From assembly GCA_963769935.1 (NCBI GenBank), contig CAVYNY010000013.1:512001-576000 (forward strand): a DNA stretch of 64,000 nt, given 5' to 3'. How positions within the stretch are numbered: the stretch's first letter is position 1; every line of letters starts with the position of its first letter. The stretch is from an uncultured delta proteobacterium (GTDB lineage Bacteria > Desulfobacterota > Desulfobacteria > Desulfobacterales > JAFDCJ01). Of this stretch, positions 10,324-21,316 are shown piece after piece. A model generated the notes under the pieces. It worked only from the letters and a program-made list of their open reading frames with translations. It did no database searches and had not been told where the DNA came from. Position numbers and translations under genes: made by a program.

Positions 10324-10731
10324 ATGGACCAGAGACCCTTCGTCGGTATTGCCGTTATCGTCATAAAGGATAACCGGGTTCTGCTGGGCAAGCGTAAAAA
10401 CGCGCACGGCGCCGGCAGCTGGGCTTTTCCCGGCGGCCATCTCGAGTTCAATGAATCCATCGAAGGCTGTGCCGTCAGAGAGGTATTCGAAGAAACCGGC
10501 ATCCGCATTAAAAACTTAAGATATGGTCCATACACCAACGACTTCTTCGAAGCCGAAGGCAGGCACTATGTCACTTTGTTTGTAATCGCCGATCATGATT
10601 CAGGCCAACCGACCGTTAGAGAGCCCCATAAATGTGAAAAATGGACATGGTCGGAATGGCCGCCGAGCCTGCAACCCCAATTTCTGCCAATAAAGAACCT
10701 GCTCAAGCAAAATTTCAGGCTCCCCGAATGA
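10324..10731 (+). CDS. Nudix hydrolase (MutT/NUDT15-like)
   Basis: Nudix box GGHLEFNESIEGCAVREVFEETG; RPFVGIAV, HYVTLF, EPHKCEKW. Confidence 0.9.
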   Translation: MDQRPFVGIAVIVIKDNRVLLGKRKNAHGAGSWAFPGGHLEFNESIEGCAVREVFEETGIRIKNLRYGPYTNDFFEAEGRHYVTLFVIADHDSGQPTVREPHKCEKWTWSEWPPSLQPQFLPIKNLLKQNFRLPE

Positions 10732-10854
10732 AAACCTTATCATCACAATTTGATGGCAAAGCTGTGTATCGGCAGCCAATGACAGAAAAAATAGGCATGA
10801 GCTGCAACCTTTGAACCCTGAACCTTGTGTGTGGGATCGTAGCCCGGAGGGCGG

Positions 10855-10883
10855 CTTGTCCCGTCGTAGCTCGAAGAGCGAAG
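10855..10883. repeat. REP-like element CTTGTCCCGTCGTAGCTCGAAGAGCGAAG
   Basis: Near-identical copy at 43487-43515; inverted copy at 9522-9550. Confidence 0.75.
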
Positions 10884-10921
10884 CCGGAAGTCCCAAACCC
10901 TGAACCGATCAATATACTCGC

Positions 10922-11863
10922 ATGAGAGGCTGCGCCGTTAAAAAGACCTTAAAATACATCCTCGGATTTCTGTGTGCCCTGCTGCTGCTCTTTGAGGTGG
11001 TGCGTCTGCTGGCCGTTCCGGTCCCCGACTATCCGTACTTCAACCCGGATAAGTTCCTGGTGATCGCCCACCGCGGCGGCCGCAGCTTAGGGCCCGAAAA
11101 TACGCTTTATACCTTCCAGCGGGCAGTGGATCTGGGAGTTGATGTGCTGGAAATGGATGTGCACCGCACCAAAGACGGCCAACTGGTGGTGCTGCATGAT
11201 GCAACCCTGGACCGGACCACCAACGGCACCGGACCGGTGGATCGTTATACGCTGGCGGAGCTGAAAAAATTGGATGCCGCCTATCACTGGTCACCCAACG
11301 GAAAATCATTTCCGCTGCGCGGCCAGGGTCTCTCAATTCCGGCCTTGTCTGAAGTGTTTGAAGCGTTTCCTCAGATGCGCCTGAACGTCGAAATTAAAGA
11401 CGCCGGTCAAACAGAGTTGAGCTCTTTTTGCCGGTTAATCCATGATTCCGGCATGTCGCCAAAGGTCATGGTCGCGTCATTTGAGTCCGGTGCCCTGCGA
11501 AAGTTCCGTTCGGTCTGCCACGGCATCGCGACTTCCGCCGGCGCCTCGGAAGTCATGTGGTTTTATGCGCTGCAGAAGATGCACCTGGAATCGATTTATT
11601 CACCTGCCGCCCAGGCATTGCAGGTACCCCTGACCTATGGTGATCTCAAGGTGGTGACGAAAAGATTTGTGGAAGCCGCCCACGCCTGCAATCTAAAAGT
11701 ACATGTGTGGACAATCAACGACGTGGATGAGATGCAAAAACTGCTGCAGCTTGGCGTGGACGGCATCATGACCGATTATCCCCGGCGCCTGTTGGAAATG
11801 ACAAAAAAATATAAAAAAAGATCGACAGCCCATAAAGAGGAAGAAGCTGGAAAAGATGATTGA
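10922..11863 (+). CDS. Glycerophosphodiester phosphodiesterase with N-terminal membrane anchor
   Basis: IAHRGG..GPENT, EMDV..TKDG.LVVLHD, VHVWTIND, GVDGIMTDYP. Confidence 0.9.
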   Translation: MRGCAVKKTLKYILGFLCALLLLFEVVRLLAVPVPDYPYFNPDKFLVIAHRGGRSLGPENTLYTFQRAVDLGVDVLEMDVHRTKDGQLVVLHDATLDRTTNGTGPVDRYTLAELKKLDAAYHWSPNGKSFPLRGQGLSIPALSEVFEAFPQMRLNVEIKDAGQTELSSFCRLIHDSGMSPKVMVASFESGALRKFRSVCHGIATSAGASEVMWFYALQKMHLESIYSPAAQALQVPLTYGDLKVVTKRFVEAAHACNLKVHVWTINDVDEMQKLLQLGVDGIMTDYPRRLLEMTKKYKKRSTAHKEEEAGKDD

Positions 11864-12065
11864 AATTATTGGATAATTTCAGAATTTCCGGGGTCATGTT
11901 GAGCGACCGGATTTAATGCTTATACTAAGTTTGATTGTTTTGGCCGGTGCTGAAATCAACCTTTTTAATTGGTTAAGGCCACATAACATTATAACAGAAA
12001 TTAAAGTTTAATTGCCAACCAGTCTTAGTCTTCTAAGATTGCAGATATAATCGGAGGAAATTAAA

Positions 12066-12671
12066 ATGTCTCATAAGTTACCCGAGCTTTCCTACGCATA
12101 TACTGCGTTGGAACCATATATTGATGCTAAAACCATGGAGATTCACCACAGCAAACATCACAAAGCCTATATTGACAAACTGAATGCCGCTTTAGAAGGG
12201 CACGCCGACCTTCAGAGCAAGAACGTTGAAGATCTATTGCGCAATCTCAATGCCGTCCCGGAAAGCATTCGGACCGCGGTCAGAAATCACGGCGGCGGCC
12301 ATTTCAACCATTCCTTTTTCTGGCCCATGCTCAGAAAGGAAAGCAAATTTAGCGGTAATATAGCCGATGCCATCAATTCACGGTTCGGCGGCTTTGACAA
12401 GTTTAAGGATCAGTTTTCAAATGCCGCCGCTACGCTTTTCGGCAGCGGCTGGGCCTGGCTTGTCTGGAGCAACAAAGAATTGCAGATCATGGCCACACCG
12501 AATCAGGACAATCCGATCAGTCAGGGCAAAACGCCGATCCTCGGCATCGATGTCTGGGAACATGCTTACTATCTGAAGTACCAGAATCGCAGAGCCGAAT
12601 ATGTCAGTGCGTTTTTCAACGTCATCAACTGGGATAAGGTCAATGAGTACTTTAAAGCAGCTAAAGGATAA
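12066..12671 (+). CDS. sodA: Superoxide dismutase, Fe/Mn family with Mn-type signature
   Basis: [34 protein letters not shown]. Confidence 0.93.
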   Translation: MSHKLPELSYAYTALEPYIDAKTMEIHHSKHHKAYIDKLNAALEGHADLQSKNVEDLLRNLNAVPESIRTAVRNHGGGHFNHSFFWPMLRKESKFSGNIADAINSRFGGFDKFKDQFSNAAATLFGSGWAWLVWSNKELQIMATPNQDNPISQGKTPILGIDVWEHAYYLKYQNRRAEYVSAFFNVINWDKVNEYFKAAKG

Positions 12672-12700
12672 TTCTGAAACCGCTTTTTGTTGATTCAATC

Positions 12701-12732
12701 AAAAGGGCAGGTTCCAATGAATCTGCCCTTTT
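12701..12732 (+). terminator. Intrinsic terminator after sod
   Basis: AAAAGGGCAG ... CTGCCCTTTT 10-bp inverted repeat. Confidence 0.6.
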
Positions 12733-12883
12733 CAGCTATTATCATTCCGACAACTTCACAAATCGGCAGGCAGACCCCCTGTATGCCGAGGGCGTCGCTG
12801 ACGGGGAATCCCGGAGCGAGTGGTTTTTGTGTCGGACAGCCTCCGACAAGCCGCAACCGTTTTCATATTAAAGGAGACAAGTT

Positions 12884-14311
12884 ATGCAAACCAAACTTCA
12901 CATTGGCGGAGATTTCATGACCGGTGATGGACAGGATCTGGCCATCCTCGATCCGGCCACGGGCGAAACCATCGTGAGCGTCTCAGAGGCATCGCCGGAA
13001 CAAATCAACCATGCCGTCGAGGCTGCATCGGCCGCGTTTTCAACATGGTCCGGCTCCACACCCCGCGATCGGGCCGGCATGCTGCTCAAACTGGCTGAAC
13101 GCATCGAAGAAAATGCCGAGGAATTTGCCCGTCTCGAGTCGCGCAACTGCGGCAAGCCCTATAAGCTTGCACTCGACGACGAAATCCCCGCCGTGGCGGA
13201 CTGCTTTCGTTTTTTCGCCGGAGCATCCCGGTGCTTGAACGGCAGCGCGGCCAAGGAATACTTACCCGGCTTCACCAGCATGATCAGACGCGACCCGGTC
13301 GGTGTCGTGGCGTCGATTACGCCCTGGAACTACCCGCTGATGATGGCGGCCTGGAAACTGGCGCCGGCGCTGGCGGCCGGCAACACGGTGGTTATCAAGC
13401 CCTCCGAACTTACGCCGCTGACAACGCTCAAGCTGGCCGAGTCGATTGCCGAGATCTTCCCCCAGGGCGTTGTTAATATTGTCGCCGGCCGCGGAGAAAC
13501 CGTCGGCGCTCCCTTGATCGAACACGAAAGTGTGCGCATGGTGTCGCTAACCGGTTCCATTGCCACCGGCCGGAAGGTGATGCAGGCGGCCGCTGCAACC
13601 ATAAAGCGGACCCACCTCGAACTGGGCGGCAAGGCGCCGGTGATCATTTTTGAAGACACCGATCTCGAGGCCGTGGTTGACGGGATCCGGTCCTTTGGTT
13701 ATTACAATGCGGGACAGGACTGCACCGCGGCTTGCCGCCTCTACGTGCAGGATGAAATTTATGACCGCTTGGTCGCCGACCTGGGAGCAGCGGTCGCATC
13801 GATCAAGTATGGCAAACAGGATGAAAAGGGAGTCCAAATGGGTCCGCTGATCAGCGAGGCGCAGCGCCGGCGGGTGGCCGGCTTCGTTGAAAGAGCTTTA
13901 GCGCAGAAACACACCGAACTGATTACGGGCGGCACCGTCGTGCAGGGCGCAGGTTTCTTCTATGAACCGACGATCGTCGCCAATGCCGGACAGACGGATG
14001 AAATTGTGCGCCGCGAGGTATTCGGGCCGGTAGTTTCGGTGACCCGCTTCAGTGACGCCGAAGATGCCATCGCCTGGGCCAACGATTCCGACTACGGACT
14101 GGCATCATCGGTATGGACCCGAGACATCGGCCGCGCCATGAAAGTGGCGAGTCGGCTCCAGTATGGCTGCACCTGGATCAATACCCACTTTATGCTGGCC
14201 AACGAAATGCCTCACGGCGGCATGAAGATTTCCGGCTACGGCAAGGACATGTCCATGTACGGCCTGGAGGATTACACCACCGTCCGACATGTAATGGTCA
14301 AGCTGGATTGA
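12884..14311 (+). CDS. patD: Gamma-aminobutyraldehyde dehydrogenase (PatD/YdcW-like)
   Basis: [52 protein letters not shown]. Confidence 0.85.
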   Translation: MQTKLHIGGDFMTGDGQDLAILDPATGETIVSVSEASPEQINHAVEAASAAFSTWSGSTPRDRAGMLLKLAERIEENAEEFARLESRNCGKPYKLALDDEIPAVADCFRFFAGASRCLNGSAAKEYLPGFTSMIRRDPVGVVASITPWNYPLMMAAWKLAPALAAGNTVVIKPSELTPLTTLKLAESIAEIFPQGVVNIVAGRGETVGAPLIEHESVRMVSLTGSIATGRKVMQAAAATIKRTHLELGGKAPVIIFEDTDLEAVVDGIRSFGYYNAGQDCTAACRLYVQDEIYDRLVADLGAAVASIKYGKQDEKGVQMGPLISEAQRRRVAGFVERALAQKHTELITGGTVVQGAGFFYEPTIVANAGQTDEIVRREVFGPVVSVTRFSDAEDAIAWANDSDYGLASSVWTRDIGRAMKVASRLQYGCTWINTHFMLANEMPHGGMKISGYGKDMSMYGLEDYTTVRHVMVKLD

Positions 14312-14620
14312 CCGCATTGGGCGCCGCGGCACGGTCATAAAAGTTTCTGTAATCCAGGCCGGAGAGCCTGGGGTAGAATTCATCCCAGAGAACCAGGTTT
14401 CTAAGCTTGTACAAATATCCCGTTGAAATTATCTGATTTCCGAGGTATATTATCCCCAAAAGCTTCTTAATATGTATATAATAAGATGTATAGAGCGCTT
14501 AAATCAAAATCGGGAACGGATCAAATCTGACCCCGATTTTTTTTAACTGTCTGCCGGGCAGCAAAATCTTTTTGCCGTACTTTTGGCGCTGCCAGGAGGT
14601 TTACCATTAAAGATTACAGC

Positions 14621-16531
14621 TTGTTTGAAAATATTCCCAGGAGCAGCTATGACGCGTCGTCGTTGGAAGTATTAAAGGGACTGGATCCGGTCAGGCGCCG
14701 TCCCGGCATGTATACCGATACCTCGCGTCCGAATCATCTGGCCCAGGAAGTCATCGACAACGCCGTCGACGAGGCCATCGCCGGATTCGCCAAACGGATC
14801 GACGTCGTTTACCATGCGGACGGCTCCCTCGAAGTAAGTGATGACGGCCGCGGGATGCCGGTCGATCAGCATCCCGAGGAAAAAATGACCGGCGTCGAGG
14901 TCATCATGACCAAGCTGCATGCCGGCGCCAAATTCAGCACTAAGAATTACCGCTTTTCAGGCGGCCTGCACGGCGTCGGGGTTTCGGTCGTAAATGCGCT
15001 GTCGGCCAGACTCGAGGTGGAAATCAAACGGGCCGGCAACCGGTATGCAATTTCCTTTGCCAACGGCAAAAAAACTTCCAATCTTGAAAAAATCGGAACG
15101 GTGGGCATGCGCAATACCGGCTCGACGGTTCGATTCTGGCCGAATGAACAGTATTTCGATACGGTTGTCTTTTCCGTGCGCAGGTTAAAGCACGTCTTGC
15201 GCGCCAAAGCCGTCCTGTGTCCGCGCCTGACGGTTACCTTCACCGACAAGCACACCGGCGAAACCGATTCCTGGTATTTTGAAGATGGTCTGAAGGACTA
15301 TCTGCTTGAAAATCTGCAGGAATTCGATCGAATTCCTGAGGAGCCTTTCATTGGTGAAAAAGAAGGTAAAGAAGAAATGGTGACCTGGGCGATTATCTGG
15401 TTGCCGGAGCAGGGACAGGTCATCGCCGAAAGTTACGTCAACCTCATTCCGACCTCGCAGGGCGGCACCCATGTATCCGGCTTTCGCAGCGGCCTGCTGG
15501 CGGCCGTGAAAGAATTTTGCGAGTTTCGCAATCTTATCCCGCGGGGCATCAAACTGGCACCCGACGATGTCTGGGACAAGTGCAGTTATGTTCTGTCGGC
15601 CAAGATGAACGACCCCCAGTTTTCCGGGCAAACCAAGGAACGCCTCGGGTCGCGTCAATTCGCAACCTTTGTCTCAAATGTAGTCAGAGATGCCTTTGCC
15701 CTGTGGCTCAACCATCACACCGACGTGGGTGAAAAACTTGCCGAGATGGCCATCGAAAGTGCCCGCCGGCGACTTAATGCTGCTAAAAAGGTCGTGCGCA
15801 AAAAAATCGGCGGCGGCCCCACCCTGCCCGGCAAACTTGCCGACTGCATCTCCCAGGACCCCGTCGAAACCGAGCTTTTTCTGGTGGAGGGCGACTCGGC
15901 GGGCGGGTCCGCCAAGCAGGCCCGCGACAAACAAATCCAGGCGGTGCTGCCGTTAAGGGGCAAAATACTGAATACCTGGGAAGTGGATACCGCCGGCATC
16001 TTAAAATCAACCACTGTTAATGATATCGCGGTGGCCGTCGGTGTTGATCCGGATAGTACCGACCTTTCAGGTCTGCGCTATCGGAAAATCATAATATTGG
16101 CCGATGCCGACTCAGACGGGCTTCACATTGCATCGCTTCTGTGTGCCCTGTTTTTGAAACATTTCAATCCGCTGGTCAAAGCGGGCAATATTTTCGTGGC
16201 CATGCCCCCCCTTTATCGAATTGATCAGGGAAAGGAAGTTTATTATGCCCTGGATGAAACGGAAAAGGAAGATATCTTAAGACGGCTGAACGGTTCGCAA
16301 AAAAAGGGCAAACCCAATGTTCAGCGTTTCAAGGGGCTGGGGGAGATGAATCCGTCTCAGCTGCGTGAAACCACCATGCTTGCCGACACCCGACGATTGA
16401 TCCAGCTGACCCTCGATGGTGAAAAGAAAATTTTGGAAACCATGGATATGCTCCTGGCCAAAAAAAGATCTCAGGACCGCAAACAATGGCTCGAAAAAGA
16501 AGGCGACCTGGCGGATCCTGAGGTGATTTGA
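14621..16531 (+). CDS. parE: DNA topoisomerase IV subunit B
   Basis: RRPGMYTDT.RPNHL.QEVIDN, LFLVEGDSAGGSAKQARD, PLRGKILN, DADSDG, RFKGLGEMNP; short (~636 aa) ParE-type. Confidence 0.93.
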   Translation: MFENIPRSSYDASSLEVLKGLDPVRRRPGMYTDTSRPNHLAQEVIDNAVDEAIAGFAKRIDVVYHADGSLEVSDDGRGMPVDQHPEEKMTGVEVIMTKLHAGAKFSTKNYRFSGGLHGVGVSVVNALSARLEVEIKRAGNRYAISFANGKKTSNLEKIGTVGMRNTGSTVRFWPNEQYFDTVVFSVRRLKHVLRAKAVLCPRLTVTFTDKHTGETDSWYFEDGLKDYLLENLQEFDRIPEEPFIGEKEGKEEMVTWAIIWLPEQGQVIAESYVNLIPTSQGGTHVSGFRSGLLAAVKEFCEFRNLIPRGIKLAPDDVWDKCSYVLSAKMNDPQFSGQTKERLGSRQFATFVSNVVRDAFALWLNHHTDVGEKLAEMAIESARRRLNAAKKVVRKKIGGGPTLPGKLADCISQDPVETELFLVEGDSAGGSAKQARDKQIQAVLPLRGKILNTWEVDTAGILKSTTVNDIAVAVGVDPDSTDLSGLRYRKIIILADADSDGLHIASLLCALFLKHFNPLVKAGNIFVAMPPLYRIDQGKEVYYALDETEKEDILRRLNGSQKKGKPNVQRFKGLGEMNPSQLRETTMLADTRRLIQLTLDGEKKILETMDMLLAKKRSQDRKQWLEKEGDLADPEVI

Positions 16532-16780
16532 GGTCAATTGAAAATTGAATATTGAAGATTGAATATTAAAGGCGTTCCGTCTGTTTAATTATTCAGGCTG
16601 CTATTTTCGAAAGAGGCTAACAACGCCCGCTATCTTCTAAAAGAGGCTTAATTGCCTGCCAACCTTATAAAAAAGACTAAAAACGACAGTATTCCACAAA
16701 TCTTCAATTTTCAATCTTCAATCTTCAATCTTCAATTACAACCCTAAACCTATGAACTCAGAACCCTGAACCCACATGAT

Positions 16781-19075
16781 TTGGAGTCAAACAACACCAT
16801 GCCCGAAAACGAAGTAGTTTCCTATGACGGCATTGAGCAGCTTTCGCTCGACGCTTTTGTCAAGCCCTCCTATCTGAACTATGCCATGTACGTCATCAAT
16901 GATCGGGCTTTGCCGTTTATCGGCGACGGTCTCAAACCCGTTCAGCGCCGGATCTTATATGCCATGAGCGAACTCGGCCTGCGCGCATCGGCCAAATACA
17001 AAAAATCGGCCCGCACCGTCGGCGACGTGCTGGGTAAATTTCATCCGCACGGCGATACCGCCTGCTACGAAGCCATGGTGCTGATGGCCCAGGATTTTTC
17101 TTACCGCTACCCGATCGTCGACGGTCAGGGCAACTGGGGATCCAACGCCGCACCCAAGGAGTTTGCCGCCATGCGGTACACGGAAGCGCGTCTGTCGGGT
17201 TATGCCGATGTTTTTCTCGGCGAGCTATCCATGGGCACCGTTGACTGGACGCCTAATTTTGACGGCACGCTCAGCGAGCCGCGCATGCTGCCGGCCAGGC
17301 TGCCGAATGTCATCTTAAACGGGGCCACCGGAATTGCGGTGGGCATGGCAACCGACATTCCGCCGCACAACCTTCCTGAAATCGTCACTGCCTGTGTCCA
17401 TCTGATTGATAATCCCAGGGCATCCCTTGAAGATATTTGCCAAATCATCCAGGGTCCCGACTTTCCGACCGGCGCAGAAATCATAACGTCCAGGGAAGAA
17501 ATTATAAACATTTATCGATCCGGCCAGGGCCTGATTCGCATGCGGGCCACCTATGAATACGAAAATGGGGATATCATCATCACCTCCCTGCCCTATCAGG
17601 TGTCCCCGTCCCGGATTATCGAACAGGTGGCCCTGCAGATGCGGGAAAAAAAGCTTTCCATGGTTTCGGATATCCGCGATCTGTCCGACCAGGATGAACC
17701 CACCCGTCTTATGATCATGCCGCGGTCCAACCGGGTGGACAAAGATGCCCTGATCAGCCATTTGTTTGCAACCACCGATCTTGAAAAAAGCCACAAAATA
17801 AACATGACCGTCATCGGGCTGAACCGCAAGCCCCAGACGCTCGGATTGCTGGAAATATTAGAACAATGGCTTAAATTCCGCCGGCAAACGGTGATTCGCC
17901 GGCTGGAATTTCGTCTGAATAAAATCCTCGAACGGCTGCACATCCTCGATGGGCTTCTGGTTGCCTATCTTAACCTCGATGAGGTCATTCAGATTATCCG
18001 CGAAAACGACGAACCCAAGCCGGTCCTGATGCAAAGGTTCAAACTGAGCGACGCCCAGGCGGAAGCGATATTGCAGATAAGGCTGCGCCAGCTGGCCAAA
18101 CTGGAAGAAATCAAAATCAAAACGGAAAAAGGGGAGCTGGAAAAAGAAAAAGACTGGATCGATAAAACACTGGCATCCAATCAGCGCTTGAAGACCCTTA
18201 TGAAAAAAGAGCTCACGGACGATGCTGCCAAGCACAGCAACGAGCGCCGCACCCGGATGGTCGAGCGCGAGGAAGCCCAGGCCATCAAGGAAGTAGAACT
18301 CACCGCAGTCGAGCCCGTGACCGTCGTGCTCTCGGCCGGCGGATGGGTGCGCGCGGCCAGGGGGCACGACGTCGATCCCACCGCTCTCAATTTTAAAGCC
18401 GGAGATGAATTTTTAAGCGTCGCACGCGGCAAAACCACACAATCGGCCGTTTTTCTGGATACAAGGGGCCGGTCCTATTCCCTGCCGGCCCACACCCTGC
18501 CCTCCGCCAGGGGTCAAGGCGAACCGCTGACCGGCCGGCTGACACTTTCGGACGGGGCCAGGTTTCTGGCGGTTGTCATGGGGCCGTCCGACCGCAAGGT
18601 GCTGCTGGCCAGTGATGCGGGATACGGCTTTGTCACCGAAATTTCCAACATGGTGACCAAAAACACCAAGGGTAAAGCCATGCTCAGCGTCTCAAAAGAT
18701 TCCGAGCCACTGACGCCCATTTATGTCAACAATTATGGAAACGACTATCTGGCCGCGATTACCACGGAAGGATACATGCTGGTGATCTCCGTCAATACGC
18801 TGCCGGAGCTTCCCAAGGGCAAGGGCAACAAGATCATCCAAATCCCGCCGGCCCGGCTCAAAAAACGTGAAGAATACGTTAAGTTGATCGAGATCATACC
18901 GGAAGGTGCGTCGATAAAAATCCACGCCGGCAGACAGTCCGTGCGGTTTACTCCGGGCAATATCGCTGCTTTTATCGGCGAGCGCGGCCGCCGCGGCAAA
19001 AAGCTTCCCCGCGGCTTCAGAAAAGCGGATCGAATTGAAATTCTTCCGGTAGAAGAAGAAGGAGAGTCCGAGTAA
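16781..19075 (+). CDS. parC: DNA topoisomerase IV subunit A
   Basis: [53 protein letters not shown] alternative at 16799. Confidence 0.93.
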   Translation: MESNNTMPENEVVSYDGIEQLSLDAFVKPSYLNYAMYVINDRALPFIGDGLKPVQRRILYAMSELGLRASAKYKKSARTVGDVLGKFHPHGDTACYEAMVLMAQDFSYRYPIVDGQGNWGSNAAPKEFAAMRYTEARLSGYADVFLGELSMGTVDWTPNFDGTLSEPRMLPARLPNVILNGATGIAVGMATDIPPHNLPEIVTACVHLIDNPRASLEDICQIIQGPDFPTGAEIITSREEIINIYRSGQGLIRMRATYEYENGDIIITSLPYQVSPSRIIEQVALQMREKKLSMVSDIRDLSDQDEPTRLMIMPRSNRVDKDALISHLFATTDLEKSHKINMTVIGLNRKPQTLGLLEILEQWLKFRRQTVIRRLEFRLNKILERLHILDGLLVAYLNLDEVIQIIRENDEPKPVLMQRFKLSDAQAEAILQIRLRQLAKLEEIKIKTEKGELEKEKDWIDKTLASNQRLKTLMKKELTDDAAKHSNERRTRMVEREEAQAIKEVELTAVEPVTVVLSAGGWVRAARGHDVDPTALNFKAGDEFLSVARGKTTQSAVFLDTRGRSYSLPAHTLPSARGQGEPLTGRLTLSDGARFLAVVMGPSDRKVLLASDAGYGFVTEISNMVTKNTKGKAMLSVSKDSEPLTPIYVNNYGNDYLAAITTEGYMLVISVNTLPELPKGKGNKIIQIPPARLKKREEYVKLIEIIPEGASIKIHAGRQSVRFTPGNIAAFIGERGRRGKKLPRGFRKADRIEILPVEEEGESE

Positions 19076-19309
19076 GCAATCCCATAGCCGGCAGGTTAAG
19101 GTGAACGGTTTTAATCGTTCAGGATTCATATGTTCAAAGTTTAAAGGGTACGGGGTTCAAGACGCAATTTTCGAGCAGAGCACAGAAGACAGAGATCAGA
19201 GAGGATAGCGCAGGGAAATAAAAGATGACAGAAGATAGATGACCCAAAAAAAGTTCTCACGAGGTGCCGCGCGCCCGTTGCCCAACACTGCGCTGTCCGT
19301 CGCGCGTTC

Positions 19310-21073
19310 CTACCTTGGCAGCCCTGCGGCACGCAGACCCATGGCCAATCTGCTCCGATCTTCCCGCTGGTAATAGAGAAAGGTCTCCTCGACGCTGGCA
19401 GCCGTAATATTCGGGACGAGGTTGGTCAGCTGCGTTATCGCCCTCTTGGCATGGTCAGTCTCGCCTGCCAGGCCGTATGACGCGGCCGCCATGAGGTACA
19501 GAGTGGGATGTCCCGGGCGTAGTTGAATGGCCCGCTCAGCGGCAGAAGCGGCTTCGCTGTACCTGCCGGCCTGAAAGTGGGAAAAGGCGTAATATAGCGC
19601 ATATTCATCGCCAAAGATATCCCGGGGACTCAAACGGACGCCTCGATCGATGCACTCGATGGCCTGGTCAGGCCGTCCGCCGAAAGCATGGGCCGCCCCA
19701 AGCAGGCCATGCGCGTATGCAAAGTTGGGGCTGGCATCGATGGCGCGGCTTAGCGCAGCGACTGCTTCGGAATCACGCCGGTTCGCGACCGCGATGAAGC
19801 CATGCGCCATATAGGCCCATGGTTCCCCCGGATCACATGCGACCGCGCGATCGGCACTTTCAGCGGCTTGCGCAAAGGCTGCAACGCGATTCTCCCAGCC
19901 CTGAAAAGCGCGCCATGCAAGGCAGACGGCACGCAAGCCATGGGCTTGCGCATAGCAGGGATCCAGCTCGATAGCGCGGTCGAGCATGTTTAGAGCGTCT
20001 TTGGTGCCTGCGTCCGAATGCTGGCTGTAGAGGAACATGCCGCGAATAAAGCTCTCCCAGGCATCCAGGCTTTGGGGCGGCTTCCTTTTCAGGCGGTCAT
20101 GCTCTGCAGTATAGACTTCAGGCTGAATGCAGCCGATCACGCTTTCGGTGATTTCGTCTTGGATTGCGAAGACGTCGTCAAGCGCCCGATCGTAGCGTTC
20201 CGCCCAAAGGTGGCTGCCGGTCTCCGCCTCTATGAGCTGCCCGGTGATCCGAATGCGGTTGCCGCCCCTTCGCACGCTGCCTTCGAGGACATAACGCACC
20301 CCTAACTCGCGTCCGACTTGACGCACATCCACGTTGCGGCCCTTGTAGCTGAAGCTCGAGTTGCGCGCGATAACGAACAGCCATCTCAGCCGCGCGAGGC
20401 CGGTGAGGATGTCTTCGACGATCCCATCGGCGAAGTAGTCCTGCTCCGGGTCACCGCTCATGTTGAGGAAAGGAAGGACGGCGATGGACGGCTTGTCCGG
20501 CAGCTGTAAGACGGCATCCGGGGCAGGTGCTGCCTTCGGCTCGGCCGACATCCGGAGGCAATAGACGCGCACCGGCCGCGCGATGTTCTTGAGCTCGCGC
20601 TCGCCCAAATCCTCGAAGACAAGGTCGAGACGGTCGCGCACCTGGTCGTGGATCGCTTGCGAAACGATCACCCCACCCGGTGCAGCGAGCGCTTGGAGAC
20701 GGGCCGCGACGTTGATGCCGTCACCGTATATCCGGGTCTCGTCGTGGATGACGTCCCCGAGGTTGATGCCAATGCGAAACAGCATCCGGCGATTTTCGGG
20801 CGCATCCTGGTTGCGTGCCGCCATGACGGTCTGGATCTCTACCGCGCATTGGATCGCGCCGATCACGCTGCGGAACACAGCGAGAATGCCATCGCCGGCC
20901 GTGTCCATGATGCGGCCGCCGTGGCGGGCCACCAGCGGCAGGATCACGGCCTGGTGGCCTTTGAGATCGCTGACCGTGGCGGCTTCGTCCTGGCCCATGA
21001 GCCGGCTGTAGCCGGCGATGTCGGCGGCAAGAATGGCAGCGAGCCAGCGCTTGATAGCGGGTTCTTCGTCCAT
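19310..21073 (-). CDS. Class III adenylate/guanylate cyclase with TolB-like and TPR domains
   Basis: AILAADIAGYSRLM, TAGDG, RIGINLGDV, YGDGINVAARLQ, PSIAVLPF.NMSGDPEQDYFADG, TPR repeats. Confidence 0.9.
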   Translation of the reverse strand: MDEEPAIKRWLAAILAADIAGYSRLMGQDEAATVSDLKGHQAVILPLVARHGGRIMDTAGDGILAVFRSVIGAIQCAVEIQTVMAARNQDAPENRRMLFRIGINLGDVIHDETRIYGDGINVAARLQALAAPGGVIVSQAIHDQVRDRLDLVFEDLGERELKNIARPVRVYCLRMSAEPKAAPAPDAVLQLPDKPSIAVLPFLNMSGDPEQDYFADGIVEDILTGLARLRWLFVIARNSSFSYKGRNVDVRQVGRELGVRYVLEGSVRRGGNRIRITGQLIEAETGSHLWAERYDRALDDVFAIQDEITESVIGCIQPEVYTAEHDRLKRKPPQSLDAWESFIRGMFLYSQHSDAGTKDALNMLDRAIELDPCYAQAHGLRAVCLAWRAFQGWENRVAAFAQAAESADRAVACDPGEPWAYMAHGFIAVANRRDSEAVAALSRAIDASPNFAYAHGLLGAAHAFGGRPDQAIECIDRGVRLSPRDIFGDEYALYYAFSHFQAGRYSEAASAAERAIQLRPGHPTLYLMAAASYGLAGETDHAKRAITQLTNLVPNITAASVEETFLYYQREDRSRLAMGLRAAGLPR

Positions 21074-21316
21074 CAGGTTATATCACCTGGCATCGGAGGT
21101 GCAACGCCAATGCCGGCGGTATTTTCGCGCAACCCATCGTCTTCACCTATCAGAAGGACAGAGCACAGAAAAAGGGCATCGTTATTTGGTATTGCTTTCA
21201 GAAGTCCGAAGAGGCGACATGCAGGGGACTTTCGTACCCACCTTTTTCCTTTAACCTTTTACCTTATTTTATCCAGCACCCAGACCAACTCAATCTAATC
21301 AACAAACCCAACAAAC

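Noticed and set aside
12740..12870. Possible riboswitch upstream of the aldehyde dehydrogenase (CCGACA/TGTCGG repeats)
   Set aside because: Hairpins are present, but I cannot match them to a known family without an Rfam search.
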